A stretch of 64,000 nt of DNA from Trichosphaerium sp. ATCC 40318 (GCA_038496445.1 JALMLS010000336.1:1-64000); one strand, 5' to 3'; shown: positions 12,497 to 26,200, counted from the first letter of the stretch. Notes: generated by a model from the letters alone, not told the origin. A program made the numbers and translations.

Positions 12497-15400
12497 ATGC
12501 CGGTAACTCGGGCTACCGGGGCCAAAAATTGCCCGCCGGTCATTACACCTAGTTTTCTTCCTTTGTCTGTTGGAGGCCTTGGCCACTTTTTTACGCGAGA
12601 AGCTATAGCAAGGCAAAGAGAAATGTTGGGACAACAAGGAAAAACAAATCATAAGCAAGCTATGCACCAAAGCCCTTTCACAGTACAGGTCTTTGATATA
12701 AAGAAAGGCCCAAAGGCAGTGTACCAGTACGTAGTATTTTAGAGTTTTTTTATGTTCGTGGTATTGATTTATTCCTTTTTTACAAACAAACCCCTTTTCC
12801 TGAAATGTCATTTAGAAACTTCGTGCTAGCACGGTTCTTTTGTTTAATTTGGGTTTATGGTATATTTATAGTTTTGCTATGTAGGATGTATGTTTCTGAT
12901 TCAAAGCATCAAGTTTTAGCGCAGCTTGATCAAGCTCTGAACCACCTTGTTGAAAGTGCTTGTATAAGAAACTACAGTATTGTACGCATAACAGGACTGC
13001 GAAGGGAGCTCAACAATGTATTTATAACTGGATTGGAACCAGTAAAAGGAGCTTTGGCACCTGTAAATAAGCTAGGTAACCCTCAGACAATAGCGTTTGG
13101 GGTGCCGCAAGCCGTGGTATGTGTTTTAGTACACAACTATTTTTTGAACAGAAGTGAATTATCTGAAGTTCAAAAATAACGTTACCGCTTCATTATTACT
13201 TATATCGCCTGCTTACACCATTTCTAGTACAATAGCCCTTCCCAAAAGTTGACACCACCTATTGAAGTTTCTGTTGCTTCTCCTACACCTATAGTAACAC
13301 CATCTCTGTCTATTCCAACGCCATCGCCGCAAGTTACGCTGAATAAAAGTGCGTTTACGACGTGTTCCTACTTTTCGTATTTTTCCGTTTTTATTTCTGT
13401 CCTTACTTATGTTTAATAGCGCGTTACCAATGCCCTCTTCGATATTGTACTACTCAATTTACTACATTTGATCGTCTCATGACCCACACGAAACAATGCA
13501 AAAAATTACAAGGCGCTGTAAAGTAAGTATTGACTGTCTTGAAACGTTCTTGATGCTTTCCGGTTTGTGCCGGCGCGGATAAACAATTTTTCCGATCGTT
13601 GACGATTCTGATTTGTATTTTCAAAAGGGAGGACAGGCAAAACCATCCATGTGGCAGGAGTTGCTCTGGAAATGTTTCTTCATCATCAAAGTTGGCTACT
13701 GCGCTTGGTACTTGTAAAGATAAGACAAAAGCAGCTAGACTTATTCTTGTTAAAATGGGTAAGTATTACTACAGGCGTTAACGCGAAGTAAAAAGGGCTT
13801 TGAGTTTCGAAGATCAAAAACCGAAGTTCGGCCAACTTTTTTGTTTCGAAAGAAAAAAGCTAGTCTACAAAAAACTAACTTGTTGTTTAAAAGGTGAGGA
13901 GACAATACAAGGGCATACATATAGTTTGGTTGGATTATTTTCTTGTCAATGTAGACGGTGGTTATCAGTGCATGATAAAAACTTGGTATGTCGCCATAAC
14001 CTTGTGTTACTTAATCTTCACAACCGTTGACTTATATTTTTTTGTTAAGTATGCACTAAGCCGTGATTTTAATCCAAAAAAATCAACCTTTCTCATTGAG
14101 CAAAAACTCAAGGATGGTAAAATGTTTATTCGTCTACGCACTGGAGAGAAGTACGAAAATGCAGTCGCCTTTGGTGGCCAATGCTTAAAAATAACTTCTG
14201 ATATTGCGGGTAAGAAGAAACCTTTCTCAAGTGAAGCGACTTCTGACACTTTGTTTTTGTAGAAAATCAATTTTTTTGTGTACATAATGTAAACGCTCTT
14301 GAAGAGCTTCTTGAACCGATTTTTGGTATGGATAAACTGAAACAAAGATTAAGACAATTCAGAAAGAAATTCTTTTGGGAATTAGCGCTTAAAGCACAAG
14401 TACGTTACAACGCTGAAAACTTTCTGTTTAGGTTTTCTTATTTTTTTCCGATATCCTTAACTTATTGTTATCTTCAGAGTGCAACCGTTAAGTCTACTGA
14501 TATGATGTCTATGGCATTTATGGGATCTCCAGGGACAGGAAAAACAATGATGGCTCGATTAATCGCGCGGAGTACGTACTTGTGGCTCATTGAAAGAAAC
14601 GATAAAATTTTTGCTTGTTAAATATCATTCCTTCTTTCTGGATCGCTTGCTTTTTCTTATTCTTTTTAGTGATGCATCGTTTGGGTATTGTAACATCAAG
14701 TAACGTATTAGAAGTACAAAGGAGTGATCTTGTCGGTAAATACGTCGGTCACACAGCAGCGAAGACTAAAAACGTGATGCAACTTGCTCAAGGAGGTGTA
14801 TTGTTTCTTGATGAAGCTTACAGACTCTCTGATTCTGGCTCATCAAACGACTTTGGAAAAGAAGCTATTGAAGAACTAATGACTGCTATGAATCCTGGTA
14901 AGTATCGAACATTTTCCGCGAAGAAAGGAAACTTGTTTTCAAGTGACTTGTTTTCTCAATTTTGTTTTGAAATTCTTTACTCTTTGTCGCAAATATAATC
15001 GGTTCCTGACTTACAATATTGTAAAGTCATATTATCGAGCGGCTTTTCCAAAGGCCCTTGAGATGGCTGTTTTTTCTAGAGAGAATTCTAATTTTTTTCT
15101 GTTTTTTGTAGATTTGCCTCCAGAGAAGCGAATCGTTTTCATTTTTGCTGGCTACAAGGATAAAATGAATCAGTTCATGCGTACCAATCCAGGACTATTC
15201 AGAAGAACACCACATATATTTGATTTTCCTGATTATGAGCCTGAAGAGCTTGTTGAGATATTAAAAGAGAAGATATCAAAGAAGGGTTATTTTATTGATC
15301 CTAAACTTACTGATAAAAAGTTTAAAGATATAATCGTTAATGGTACTACACCTGAAGCAAGAAGTAAAGTGAATGCTGGTTTAACAGACGTTCTAATACC

Positions 15401-15638
15401 TGCTGCTACAAGACACCTTGTAGATAGACTTGTAAGTACCCAAAGAACTCCATTTTGTTTAAGTTCTCTTTTTTTTTCCTTTTTTTTTCTTCATCACTGA
15501 CACATGTTTTTTCAGGACTTGGGAGTCGATTTCGGTAGAAAACTACTTGAGTTGAATGAACAAGATTTCAGGCTTGGTATTGCTGAGCTACCTAAGGTAG
15601 ATCAAAGCGAATCAGGATTACCACAAATGTATTCTTGA
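12497..15638 (+). CDS. CbbX/SpoVK-family AAA+ ATPase with N-terminal RPA70N-like OB fold and C2HC zinc finger
   Basis: AAA motifs MAFMGSPGTGKTMMAR, EVQRSDLVGKYVGHTA, GGVLFLDEAY and FAGY..MNQFMRTNPGLFRR. N-terminus PFTVQVFDIK..YQMYVSDS..LNHLVES..IVRI..KLGNP. Finger YQCPLRYC..F..LMTHTKQC. Exons join in frame with GT-AG introns. Confidence 0.8.
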
Positions 15639-16035
15639 AGTGTTTTTTTTGTGAAAACATAAAGATAGCACTTATGGTTCCCTTTAATTTCTAATTAATC
15701 AACAACTGTAATACTGTAATAAACAAAACCAAGTTGTATTTTAACAAAAACTTTGCTCTTGTTGATAGGAAAAAAAACACTCCTTTCGTGATGTACCAGT
15801 GAGCTAAGTAAGATGTATATTTGATGTCGCCCACAAAAGAAATCTGTCACGTTTTAGCAAACAACAGTATGTCTTATGACATAAACTGTGTGCCCTTACG
15901 TTTACTGTATTGCTGGCTTAACAATACGGAGTATGGCATACTTACTCTGTACTGTTTAGAATTGATTGTACGAGCAGATATTTTGCATATCATTTTTTTT
16001 TTGATTCAGTTTGTATTTGCACTATCAGAGGTAGT

Positions 16036-17285
16036 TTATATCTCCAGTTTTATTTTATTAATACTTCTATCAGTTGAGAAGTACATATACCCCTTATTAT
16101 AAACTAAACCCATAGGAAAACGAAGCTCTACATCAAGTTTAACTTTTACAACCTCTCCTGATTCTGGAAAAAGACGAAACATCTCATGTTCGTCAAAGTA
16201 ATATACACTCTCTAGTGGTAATTGTTAGTATCGCAAGAGTTTTAATTAGATATATGGGAAACACTGATTTCATAGTGAGAGTGTCATTTACCTCTTGCAC
16301 AGCAAAGAAACCAGCCACTGCTTGTACGATGTGATGAACACATTTTTGGAATGCTATCACTATCGAGATTCATCTTCCATACAGCCTTTGTTGTACGGAA
16401 AAACAAGTTTCCATTCCTATCTACATCAACGCCTTGTGGTGCTCTAAATGTAGCCTGTATTGTTGATGAAATTACACGGTTGGGATTCTTTGAATCAAGA
16501 ATATTGATTTGGTGCTTGTCAACATCACTAAAAATAACTTGATCATTTTCTCCAATGACAATCCCGCATAGCCATTTATGATTGCAACTAACTGCTGATA
16601 TATCTCCAGTAGATGCATTAATTCTTTGTACACTCTAGTTGATGAAAGAAGAGTTACAAAGAGAAACCTCAAAGTGCCTGCAAAAAAAAAATTGCATACT
16701 TTCTAGTAAAAATCACGTGCCCTATTGTTTGCGTCAGTAATATAAATATTATTCTTACTATCCACTGCAACATCATGAGGGTATGAAAGATAATCAGCTG
16801 TGCATTCAAAGGTTGAAACCTTGTTTGTCTTCAAACATAGCTTGCGAATGCGATGGTTTTGATTATCAGTTATAATAAGCTAGAACACCTAGTTATATCA
16901 CCAGAAACGATTTTAATAAACACTTACATTATCATCAGAATCAAACGCTAAACCGAAAATATCATGAAATTTAGCAACATCTGCTGAGCCTTCGTTTTTT
17001 ATTAAACCAGTGCTGGAATAGCGTTAAATAATTGACTATGTACCATCTGCATAGCCTGCGCGGTTGCTAAAACCTGTTACAGCAATAACTTTGTAAACTG
17101 TTGTGAGCTCCTAAACTTCAGGTTAGAACGTTAAAATTCATGGTAATGTCACGTCCTTTGTACAACAGACAAGATTTTGTGAAGATATTGAACTGAGAGC
17201 AAATCTGAGCCACTGATGAAAGACATGACGGTGTCTTGATGAATTCTAGTATGTGTAAAACCATTTCTACAGGTAATGAATCCAT
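16036..17285 (-). CDS. F-box + NHL-repeat beta-propeller protein
   Basis: MDSLPVEMVLHILEFI (F-box), then AGYADG..AKFHDIFGLAFD, PHDVAVDSKNNIFITDAN, FRAPQGVDVDRNGNLF and LRFPMGL. Confidence 0.8.
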
Positions 17286-17558
17286 TGTGCTGGCTACAGT
17301 GTTTATTACAACCGATTATAAAATAACTTCAGTGAATCCTTTGCGGCTGTACCAGAAGCGGACTTATCGTAGCAAGAGAAATCTAATCTTTGAAGAACAT
17401 ATGTAAATACTATTTAAACATTGAGGAACCTCATACGGCAATATTTTTTTAATGTATTACAAAGGTGCGACAAGCACATTGACCTATACTTAGCATACTA
17501 CTGACTAACGTGTATAACTATCTAGAAAGCAATTATGAAGATAGATGTCATATTTGTT

Positions 17559-18975
17559 TTATTTTACTCTTGTTTGCACACAGCTTTAGTTGCGCTTCTA
17601 TACCTTTTTTCTGGACTAAATGCTTTTTCTTCTGCTTTCCTTTTTGGTGTCTCTTTGTTTTCGCCATTATATCTTTTTTCTTTTTTAATTACCTCTATAA
17701 TTACACAGTCATCATCATCGTTATCATTAACAGGGCTCACATCTAAATGAAAAAAGTAAGAATACCAAATTTTTCTTGTTTCTTTCGTATTTATTCATAA
17801 AACACGTGTCTCAATAACGAACCTTTATTTTCTTTATCATCAAGCTTGAATCTGTGTTTATCTAAGAGTCTTTGGAATGATCCTTTCTTAGGACTTTTAC
17901 GAACTCCTTTGGGTGATTTCCTTGCAAATCCTTGTTTCAGTTTTCTACGTGGTGTTGGTGCAGGAGCTTTGTTTGGAAACTGAGATAGTCCCATTAGCTT
18001 TGGTGGAGGCGCTTTAGCAGCCTCGATATTAAATATATGGGTTCTGTATAATCTTTGTTCCCTGGGTGTATCATAAACTGAGGATGTTCCATTCGGTGGT
18101 TGGTATTTGGGTGAAACATCCTTGAGTTTTGTACTGTAGCTAGAGTAGCTCATTTCATCGTCACGGCTGCTACTCATTGTGTTGTTTATCTGACAATAAT
18201 ATAAGTAAAGCAAGTTGCAAATAAAACACAAACCAGTCTTCTTCTAGTTGGAGTAACTGTATGCTTTTTTTGGACTTCCATTGCTTCAACGTTTGTATCT
18301 TCCCTTGAAGTCAGCATGCTTGAACGTCTATTTGGGCTTTTTGGTTGCTTTGGAGAACTGAGTCTAATTTAGTAGTGACTCTTTAAAATACATGATACTT
18401 ACGTCTGTGGAGGCTTCAGGGGTTCAACACGTTTGGATGATAATTTTACCACCTTGTAAACTGTATTGATTCCAGTGACAACTTTTATATCCGTATTGAG
18501 TGGAACAGGGACCTTTAGTGTTAACAAACAAAATTAAGCAACTCTTATTCATGACCTATTCTGATCGATAAAAAAAACATACTTCCTTTCCTGTTTGTAT
18601 CTTTTTTGAATCAATGTAAACAGGTCGAGTGTCTTTAGTCTTAAAAATGGAACTAGTTAAAATCCAAAATAAACGCAACTCAAGAGGAAACATAAAACAA
18701 CTTACTTCGACAACAAGTATTTTAACATCTGAGGAAGTAACAATAAGCGTGAACAAGTTCTCGGATAATTTTTTGGAAGTGACGCCAAGTTTATCTCGCC
18801 CTATTTCGTTTTTCCCAACACTAAGAAACACAATAAACATGAAGAAACGCCAAGAAAACATGCAATAAATCCAAAAAAAAATAAAAAAAAACGGTTAGAT
18901 TTGTTTGTCTTTGTAGTGCCTTAGTGTAAGTGTCTCGGTGTAAGAAAGACGTTTTAAACCGAAAGTGTGAATCAT
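17559..18975 (-). CDS. FHA-like domain protein, paralog B of 7313-9374
   Basis: MIHTFGLKRLSYTETLTLSVGKNEIGRDKLGVTSKKLSE. Shares the first intron position and the SPKKGSF and FSP.KR motifs with paralog A. Confidence 0.65.
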
Positions 18976-19321
18976 CGTTTTTTTTTAATAGCGTATTAGT
19001 GACACAATGACCACAATGCCTATAAGTCAGTGAGGAAATGATCACTCGGTTGAATGTACCGTTGTTCACTCGTAAATAAAAAAAGTCTACCCTGGTAAAC
19101 CAGTTTAAGGCTCAAGCTATTGCATGGCAGTTATAAATGTTCAACTAGCGGCAGCATTGGTAGGCCTTTCGCCTAAACGATTTTTGTTCGTCACGTGACT
19201 GAAATAGACTTCAAGTCGATGGTCTAAAAGTTGGTTGTTTCTTTTATCACTTTACAAATCCATATGGTGCTGTACATATCTCATTACCAGAGAACAAAGA
19301 TGAGAAAAATTGGTTGCTTTT

Positions 19322-19572
19322 CGTTGAACGGGAAACCCAAATATGTAGAACTTTGTCAAAAAAAAGTCGAAAATTCGGCACACTAATTATCCTATATTAT
19401 GCCATAGGAACCATTTAGAAAGCCCCCCTTTTAGGGGGGGTTTGTGGGGGGAGAGGCTAGCGGCGACTGAGCGCCATAACCCAGTTGTCTCCCTTTGTGG
19501 CGAACAGTTCAATATCACTTTGACATTTTTTCGACTTTTTTTTCGACATTTTAGTACACACCCGTTGAACGG
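19322..19572. mobile_element. Short element with subterminal inverted repeats and internal GC hairpins (MITE-like or structured ncRNA)
   Basis: TGTC(A8)GTCGAAAA at 19354-19373 is inverted at 19528-19548. CGTTGAACGG occurs at both ends. Hairpin CCCCCCTTTTAGGGGGG lies near 19423-19439. Confidence 0.5.
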
Positions 19573-19701
19573 CTTTACAGCCTAGAAAAGGAGCTGCAAA
19601 GACTTTCATAGCAAAATCAACAGCTGTTGAAGATTCCTATATTTTGAAGGTATTGGGTAAATATTCATGAATAGTTCTTCATCAAACTAAATTGGTTATA
19701 G

Positions 19702-21358
19702 ATGAGTAAGCTGGTAAGCTAGTTATTATTGCGTATTTAATACGTTGTAGTGCGTAGCTTCTATCATTGGCATTGTAGCCTCTTTAGCTGCAGTCGGTTG
19801 GTTTTTCTCGGTTCTATTCGTTTTGATGTATCCACAGAAGAATAGTGCAGTGCTGACGCTGTTTCTATTGTTTTTTTGAGCGTTAATGTTACTTGACTCT
19901 AAAATAGCGTACCAGAGATCCACATCAACGCAGACTATAAACCGTGAGTCCTCGAGGTACTATTTGATGTGTTAAAGTCATTTAGGGCTATTTGTACTGT
20001 GGTAGACTCTTACATTGTTGAGTACAAGTGTTGCCGCAAGAGATGCTACGGATGCTCTGAGTGCAGGCGAGTTTTGGATATTTTAATACTTTTGATCTGA
20101 TACTAAACACAGCCGAAGTAATCCATCGTGTTCAACACGTTTGAGAGTACGCACAACAACACGTGTTATAACAAAAATAAAACTAAACAATTTATTTTTA
20201 GAACGAAGATCCTGGTCCTTGTTGTGATGGTTATTATTGTTGCCAAGATTGCTGTGATACTTGTTGTAGTACAAACAGCAAAGGGAGGCAAACATGTACT
20301 AAAGCTTGGTTTAATGTGGAAAGGCATTATTTGTTCTCACGTGATTTTTTTTTCGTTTAGGTCATAGCTGTAATTGTCATTGTTGTAGTTCAGTTTATGA
20401 TCAAGCTTGTGAAGTAGTTTGTCCTACTTGCTACAACGTGATTGTTGATGTACGAAACTCTGATTTTAGGTTTAGTTAACACACGTATTCTAACATCTCT
20501 AGTACGATTATGAGTGTCTACTACCAAATCAGACTTGTTGTGATAATGGTCCTGGATACCACCAACAGATAAAAAAGTGTAGCACGTCTTCATCTTGTGC
20601 GAATAACTTTAAAACTGAACATGCGGTACAGTTCATTTTATCAGCTGGAGCTTTAACTAAGTTCGCAATAGCGTAATACCTCGTTTGCTTGTTACTATGA
20701 TCCTCAAAAATGCACTGATGTTTCGTTCTATAAAGGATATATATGGTGGAAATGGTTACTACTTATGATACCTGCAGTGGTAATCGTAGGAATTCTCCAT
20801 TTAATAACGTTCTTCGCTGGAATTATGCTCAACTGCAAAGTACGTTTTCTTATTTTTTTCCGGAATATGTTCAAAACTTCTTTTCGTTGAAACTCTTCTT
20901 AGGGCAGACAAAGCGCTGGTTTCACAGCTATCGTTTGGTGGACTGTTTTGTTTCCATTCATATTCTTTCTTCCTATTCTTCTTGCTGGAAACCCTAATAT
21001 CATTAACAACGCAGTAAAACATGGGCTAACAATAACTATATGTATTTCAATATCTTTCTCACTATCTGCTGCATCATTACTTAACTGGAAGATAATATTT
21101 CGCCCAGCAATAAATAACATAGGAGGTGCTTTGGCGGCTTGTACTTTCGCTTTTATTGTGCCTATTGGTATGGGTGTACCGCTTACTGTATTGACGTTTG
21201 GAACAATTATTGGGTGGGTAGCGTTAGCTCTAAGTATTGCATCGTTCTTGAGCGTTATTGGCATCTTAACCGCTTGTTTTGTCTATGACAATGTAAAGCC
21301 AAAACATAGCCTTTCTGTACAGGATAATGATCATTCTTATCAATCTCTCGCTTCGTGA
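19702..21358 (+). CDS. Multi-pass membrane protein with a large Cys-rich extracellular loop (KCNMB/TipE-like topology)
   Basis: Spliced: N-terminal TM, AICTVVDSYIVEYKCC, GPCCDGYYCCQDCCDTCC, FACYYDPQKCTDV, then ~5 hydrophobic helices. One GC-AG intron. Confidence 0.7.
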
Positions 21359-21999
21359 ATTACATATACAATAAAGTACAAAAGTCTTTTTTTTCTACTA
21401 TTCTTTGAACATACCTTTGTCAGCTTCGTTCCCGTGTTGGTTAATAGTCCATTTATACGTTCTATGACTTTACATTGAATATAAAACTAACGCTTGTGGC
21501 AGAAGAAAGCGCAATGGAGCAAGGTAGAGTAAAACAGTTTAGTCAACATAATGTTTTTAACAGTACTCAAATCACTATGGTTGTTCCTATCTAGGGTGTT
21601 CTAAGAATGATTCTCGTCCTTTCTTGCTCCTAAAAACACGCAACAAACTGTGTCATGCCAAGCATGGAACAGACTTAACTGTTAAAGACAATTCAGAACT
21701 AAAATTCAGAGCAACCTTCAATGCGTCTTTGAGTCGAAGAAATTCTTGAGTATCTATCGTTAGTTGAGTTTGTTGAACCTAATCCCACAGTGGTCCACTG
21801 CTAACCACCAAAGAAAAGCGCATACGTACCATGTGCCAGTGTTAATGAAAAGGATGGTTGTAGCAAACAAAAAGATGTTTAAAAGTGAAGAAGCAGTATT
21901 AATTGTATTCAGTGAACTGTTTTATGGTTCAACGGTTGATCATATTTCAAAAGAACCAACATACATAACATCGTGGCTTACCTAAACGCGAAAACAACT

Positions 22000-22682
22000 A
22001 TGACTACTAAACAACAACAGCAAACATCACCAGTCCGCGTCACAATCCAGTTTGACATTGAGCCAGAACAAATTTCATCAACACTCAAAAACATTCTCAA
22101 TTGTGGTGTTCAAGTCGGTCCAGTATCAATACAAAACGTACGCCAAAACCATATTGCGCCCTTTTAATAAGTAAATCTCTTACACATAATTAGGTATCGG
22201 ATAAACCTTCAACTGAACAACATGACGAATCAGAATCTAGCAACAGCGAAGAGAATGATAGTACAGAGTCAAGCAGCACCGACGATACAGAATCTAGCGA
22301 AAATGTGGATTATGAAGACAACATTGGTCTTGCCAACACAATCAAAAAATGCCCTCGATTCTTGAAACGTGTCCCATTAGATCAACAAGAACAATGGATC
22401 AAAGCAATTCTACAACTTCAATCTGAAGGATACAAGAGATGGAGACCTTGTCTCAATGCAATGCTTAAAGTCGGATTCTCAGGTGACGTTCAACAAGTGA
22501 TCAATGCCATGGAAGAACAAAAGGCATTTCGCATCAAAAAAAGACAAGAACGTAAAGAACAGAGGGATTCAAAACGCAACCAAGGTGCCAAAAAGTGTAC
22601 TCAAAGAGGTGCCAACAAATTCAAATACAAGCACGCTTACACGCAGCAAAAAACAGAATGTGTCAAGCGTACCAAAGAGTAG
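22000..22682 (+). CDS. Hypothetical protein (2 exons)
   Basis: ATG 22000, GTACGC..TAG intron at ~22138-22193, open acidic-then-basic frame to TAG 22682, AATAAA downstream. Confidence 0.65.
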
Positions 22683-23284
22683 AGATACTTACCAAATCCA
22701 TATTATTGCAAAGCACTACTATTCGTATAAATAAATACTTTGATCCTACTATATTCATTGACTGTTTGCTAAAATTGTATCGAAAACAACATAACATTGG
22801 AGTTCATCCTTCTTTGTATCACTTCTTCTTTTTTTATTTTGGGCTAGCTGTAGGTTATACCAATCTAAGTGCAAATCAAAACGAGAAAAAAAACCTCCAA
22901 TAAAGCTTGTTTGCTCTGAAACCGTTATCTGATTCATCAAATAAGAAATAATAGGATGGATTGCGTTGTTCAAAACAGAAAACGGAAAATAACAAGAATA
23001 GAAATAGCCTCGTTGGTGATGGAGAAGACCGAACCTATACAGCTGCGCTGGAAACAAGTTAGCCATTATCTGCAAATACAACATGAAAGTCACAGATTTT
23101 TTTAGCACGTATTTTCAAATAAAAGCAGACAGCTATGTTTATGATTCATGCTAGAAGTTCCCCAAACTACTCATTCACGTTTCACAGAGGCGTTTTTACG
23201 GCCTATTGCTTCACTTGCGTTTCAGAAGCTGCTTCTGCTTCTGTAAAGTGATAAGCGCTTCAAACCCCTTTAAATACAGATACA

Positions 23285-26200
23285 ATGAGCCACAAGCGCG
23301 TCTTGAGTAAAGTAGTAGTGATTGGAGATAGCGGGTAAGTAACTTGCACAAGATTAGCTCTTTCGCCATTAAAACGTATCAGAGTGGGTAAAACAAACGT
23401 TTTGACGCGATATGTCAATGACAAGTTCGCTATCCATACAAAGGTGACAGTTGGTGCTGATTTTATGTCCAAGGAGGTTCAACTTTGCGACGGGACGTTC
23501 TCCACCCTCCAAATCTGGTGCGCGACAATAGAAGCCGCTTCGTTTTTGTTTTATAGTAGACTAACCGAAAAACCTGTAGGGACACTGCAGGGCAAGAGCG
23601 ATTCCAAGGAAAGCAAGATCCTAACAAATCTCCGACTGACCTTTCTTTTTAGGCCTCGGTACTGTATTTTACCGTGGTACGGATGTATTCATCGTCGTTT
23701 ACGATATTTCGAAACGATCCACTTGGGAACACATCTCGGACCAGTACGATCTTTTGATACTGCCTTGATTTTTTTGTCATTAATTAATGCTGGTGATTTT
23801 AAGCATTAATGAAGCTTATGCATCTTGCTCACGTGATACGCCTGTTCTTATTGTTGGAAATAAAACAGATCTCGAAGTAAAGAGGCAAGTGTCACCACAA
23901 GAAGTTGCTGCTTGGTACGTCTAGTTGTTTTCTGTTCTGTTAAAGCCATCAATTTGTATATGACGTAGTTATCTTAGTTTTTTCTTCACAGGTGTAAGAC
24001 TAATCGTCCGAACGCTTACTTCACTGAAGTATCAGCTAAGACAGGGTTCAATGTATCAAAGATGTTTGAGGTTGCAGCTGAGATGGCGGTTGGCCGAGAG
24101 GTTGTATGTGACTATAACTACAAGCCTAAAGAAGTACCACAAGATGAGGATACTGAATCGCCACCAGTATTCGATATCAACGAATCAGTACGCGCTGTCT
24201 CTTGTCTATTGTTCTGTAGTTTTGCTAAAAGTCTTTTTAAAGTCGTTTCGCTTGTGGGGTCCTAAAGGACATTCTATCCCACTTGCTAGAGTGGACGTTA
24301 CTTCTCACGTGATTGATTTCTTGGCGAAAGTAACAATCAAGCAGACTTATGTCAATATAGGTATGTGCATAAAGACGCAATGCAAATCGCTTACAACTTG
24401 TAGAAAACAATCCTATTGAAGCAGTTTTTTCATTCCCTTTGGATGAACGCGCTGCTATATGTGGCTTTGAAGCACGAATTGATGGAAAAGTATATAAGAG
24501 TGTCATTCAGGTACCATCTTAGTACAGTTATTAAATCACGTGCTAATGCAGTACTAGGAAAAAGAAGAAGCTAGAGAAACTTACGATGACGCTATTGCAG
24601 AAGGAAATGCAGCCTACTTGGTTGAACAACACAAGGTACTTGATATTTCTAGGTACTGTATGTTGGCTAAAAGCTTCGTTTTAGCCAGATATATTCACTG
24701 CTTACGTGGGCAATCTGCCGCCAAAGAAATACGTTGAGTTGTCTTTTACTTATGTCACTGAAGTATCCGACTACCAATTCGTCCTTCCTTCATACATTGC
24801 TCCTAGATACTCTCATAAAAAGATTGACGAAGGTAAAACATACACAATTCTATAAATAAGCCATCTCACTTTGATCAGATGAAATAGAAGGCGGAGTTTC
24901 ATCTCAAGGTTTTGGGTTCAGCCTAGATTTAACTTTTGATGTACCCAAAACGTTCAAGAATGTTGTCAGTACGACCCACAATATCAAGTCACACTATGAT
25001 ACACATGAGACTGGTGTTAGAGGTACCAAGTAAACTTCAGTTCGATCTTTGAACTAAATTGTGTTTAAAGGAACTGTATCATTCTCAAGGGAAGAGGCGT
25101 ATTTAACAAGCGATATTGTAGTACAGTTTGATGTTCCTCCTTCAAAAGATAAAACTTTATGGGTTACACGTGATCTTAAAAACCAACATGAAGCTATGTT
25201 ACTCTCCTGGGATGTCAGTAATGACTTAAATAATGCGAATGTATCAGAGGAGATCATTTTCATTGTAGACAGGTTCAAACACATTTTTGTTACCCACATG
25301 TTTCCTGACTAGTCGATCAAGGTCTGGAAGTATGAGCGGCGAGCCCATGAGAAGAGTTAAGTCGGCGCTGCAAGTATTCCTTCGTAGTTTACCTGTAGGC
25401 TGTACATTTAATATTGTTGGTTTTGGATCCTCATATGAGACACTCTTCCGTTCTAGTGTTCCATACTCAGATTATAACCTTGCTAAAGCATCAACCAACG
25501 TTTCGTCAATGCAGTACGCTGTGGTTTTTGTTACCCTACCTTTCATTTTGGAACTAATGTTCTGTCTAGAGCTAACCTCGGTGGAACGGAAATACTCACC
25601 CCTATTAATGCCGTTCTAAGTAGAAAACCAAGCAAAGGAACTAGACGCGTTGTTTTCGTTCTTACTGATGGACAAGTAAGCAACACTGATCAAGGTATTT
25701 ACCTCGTTCACCGAAACAAGTGTTTTTACTAACTCTTCTTTTGCGTGCAGTTATCAAAACTGTTCAACGTTTTTGCGAAGATGATGATACAGTTGTTTAC
25801 GGATTAGGCCTTGGAAACGCAGTATCACATCATCTCGTAAATGGCTTGGGTAGAGCTGGAAAGGTAAGTCAGAAATTGTTTGGTAGCCACTAACTTTGTT
25901 GTTAAAAAAGGGAGATTCTGATTTCATAGCAGGCGGCGAAAATCCTGGACCTAAGGTTTTGAGAATGCTCAAAAGATCTCTAAGAGAAACATGGCAGAGC
26001 GTATCCCACCTCTTTTCTTTTTTTTTTTTTTGAAATACAGATTTGTTTTGATGTTAGTCTCCTTGACTTTGACAGCTTTCAGTCACTCGTAATGGAATAG
26101 AAATAACGAGTACACCGTCTAGGCCTGATTGGGCATTACTAGGAGGTAGACTGAGATTGTTTGTTCTGAACACGGACCCAACTTCACTTAAGGACGATAC

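Noticed and set aside
14328-15638. RuBisCO activase CbbX
   Set aside because: No photosynthetic context or transit peptide, and the N-terminal domains differ; only family-level similarity.
17095-17160. GA/GG donor in the F-box-NHL first intron
   Set aside because: A canonical GTGACA..ACAACAG intron restores the frame.
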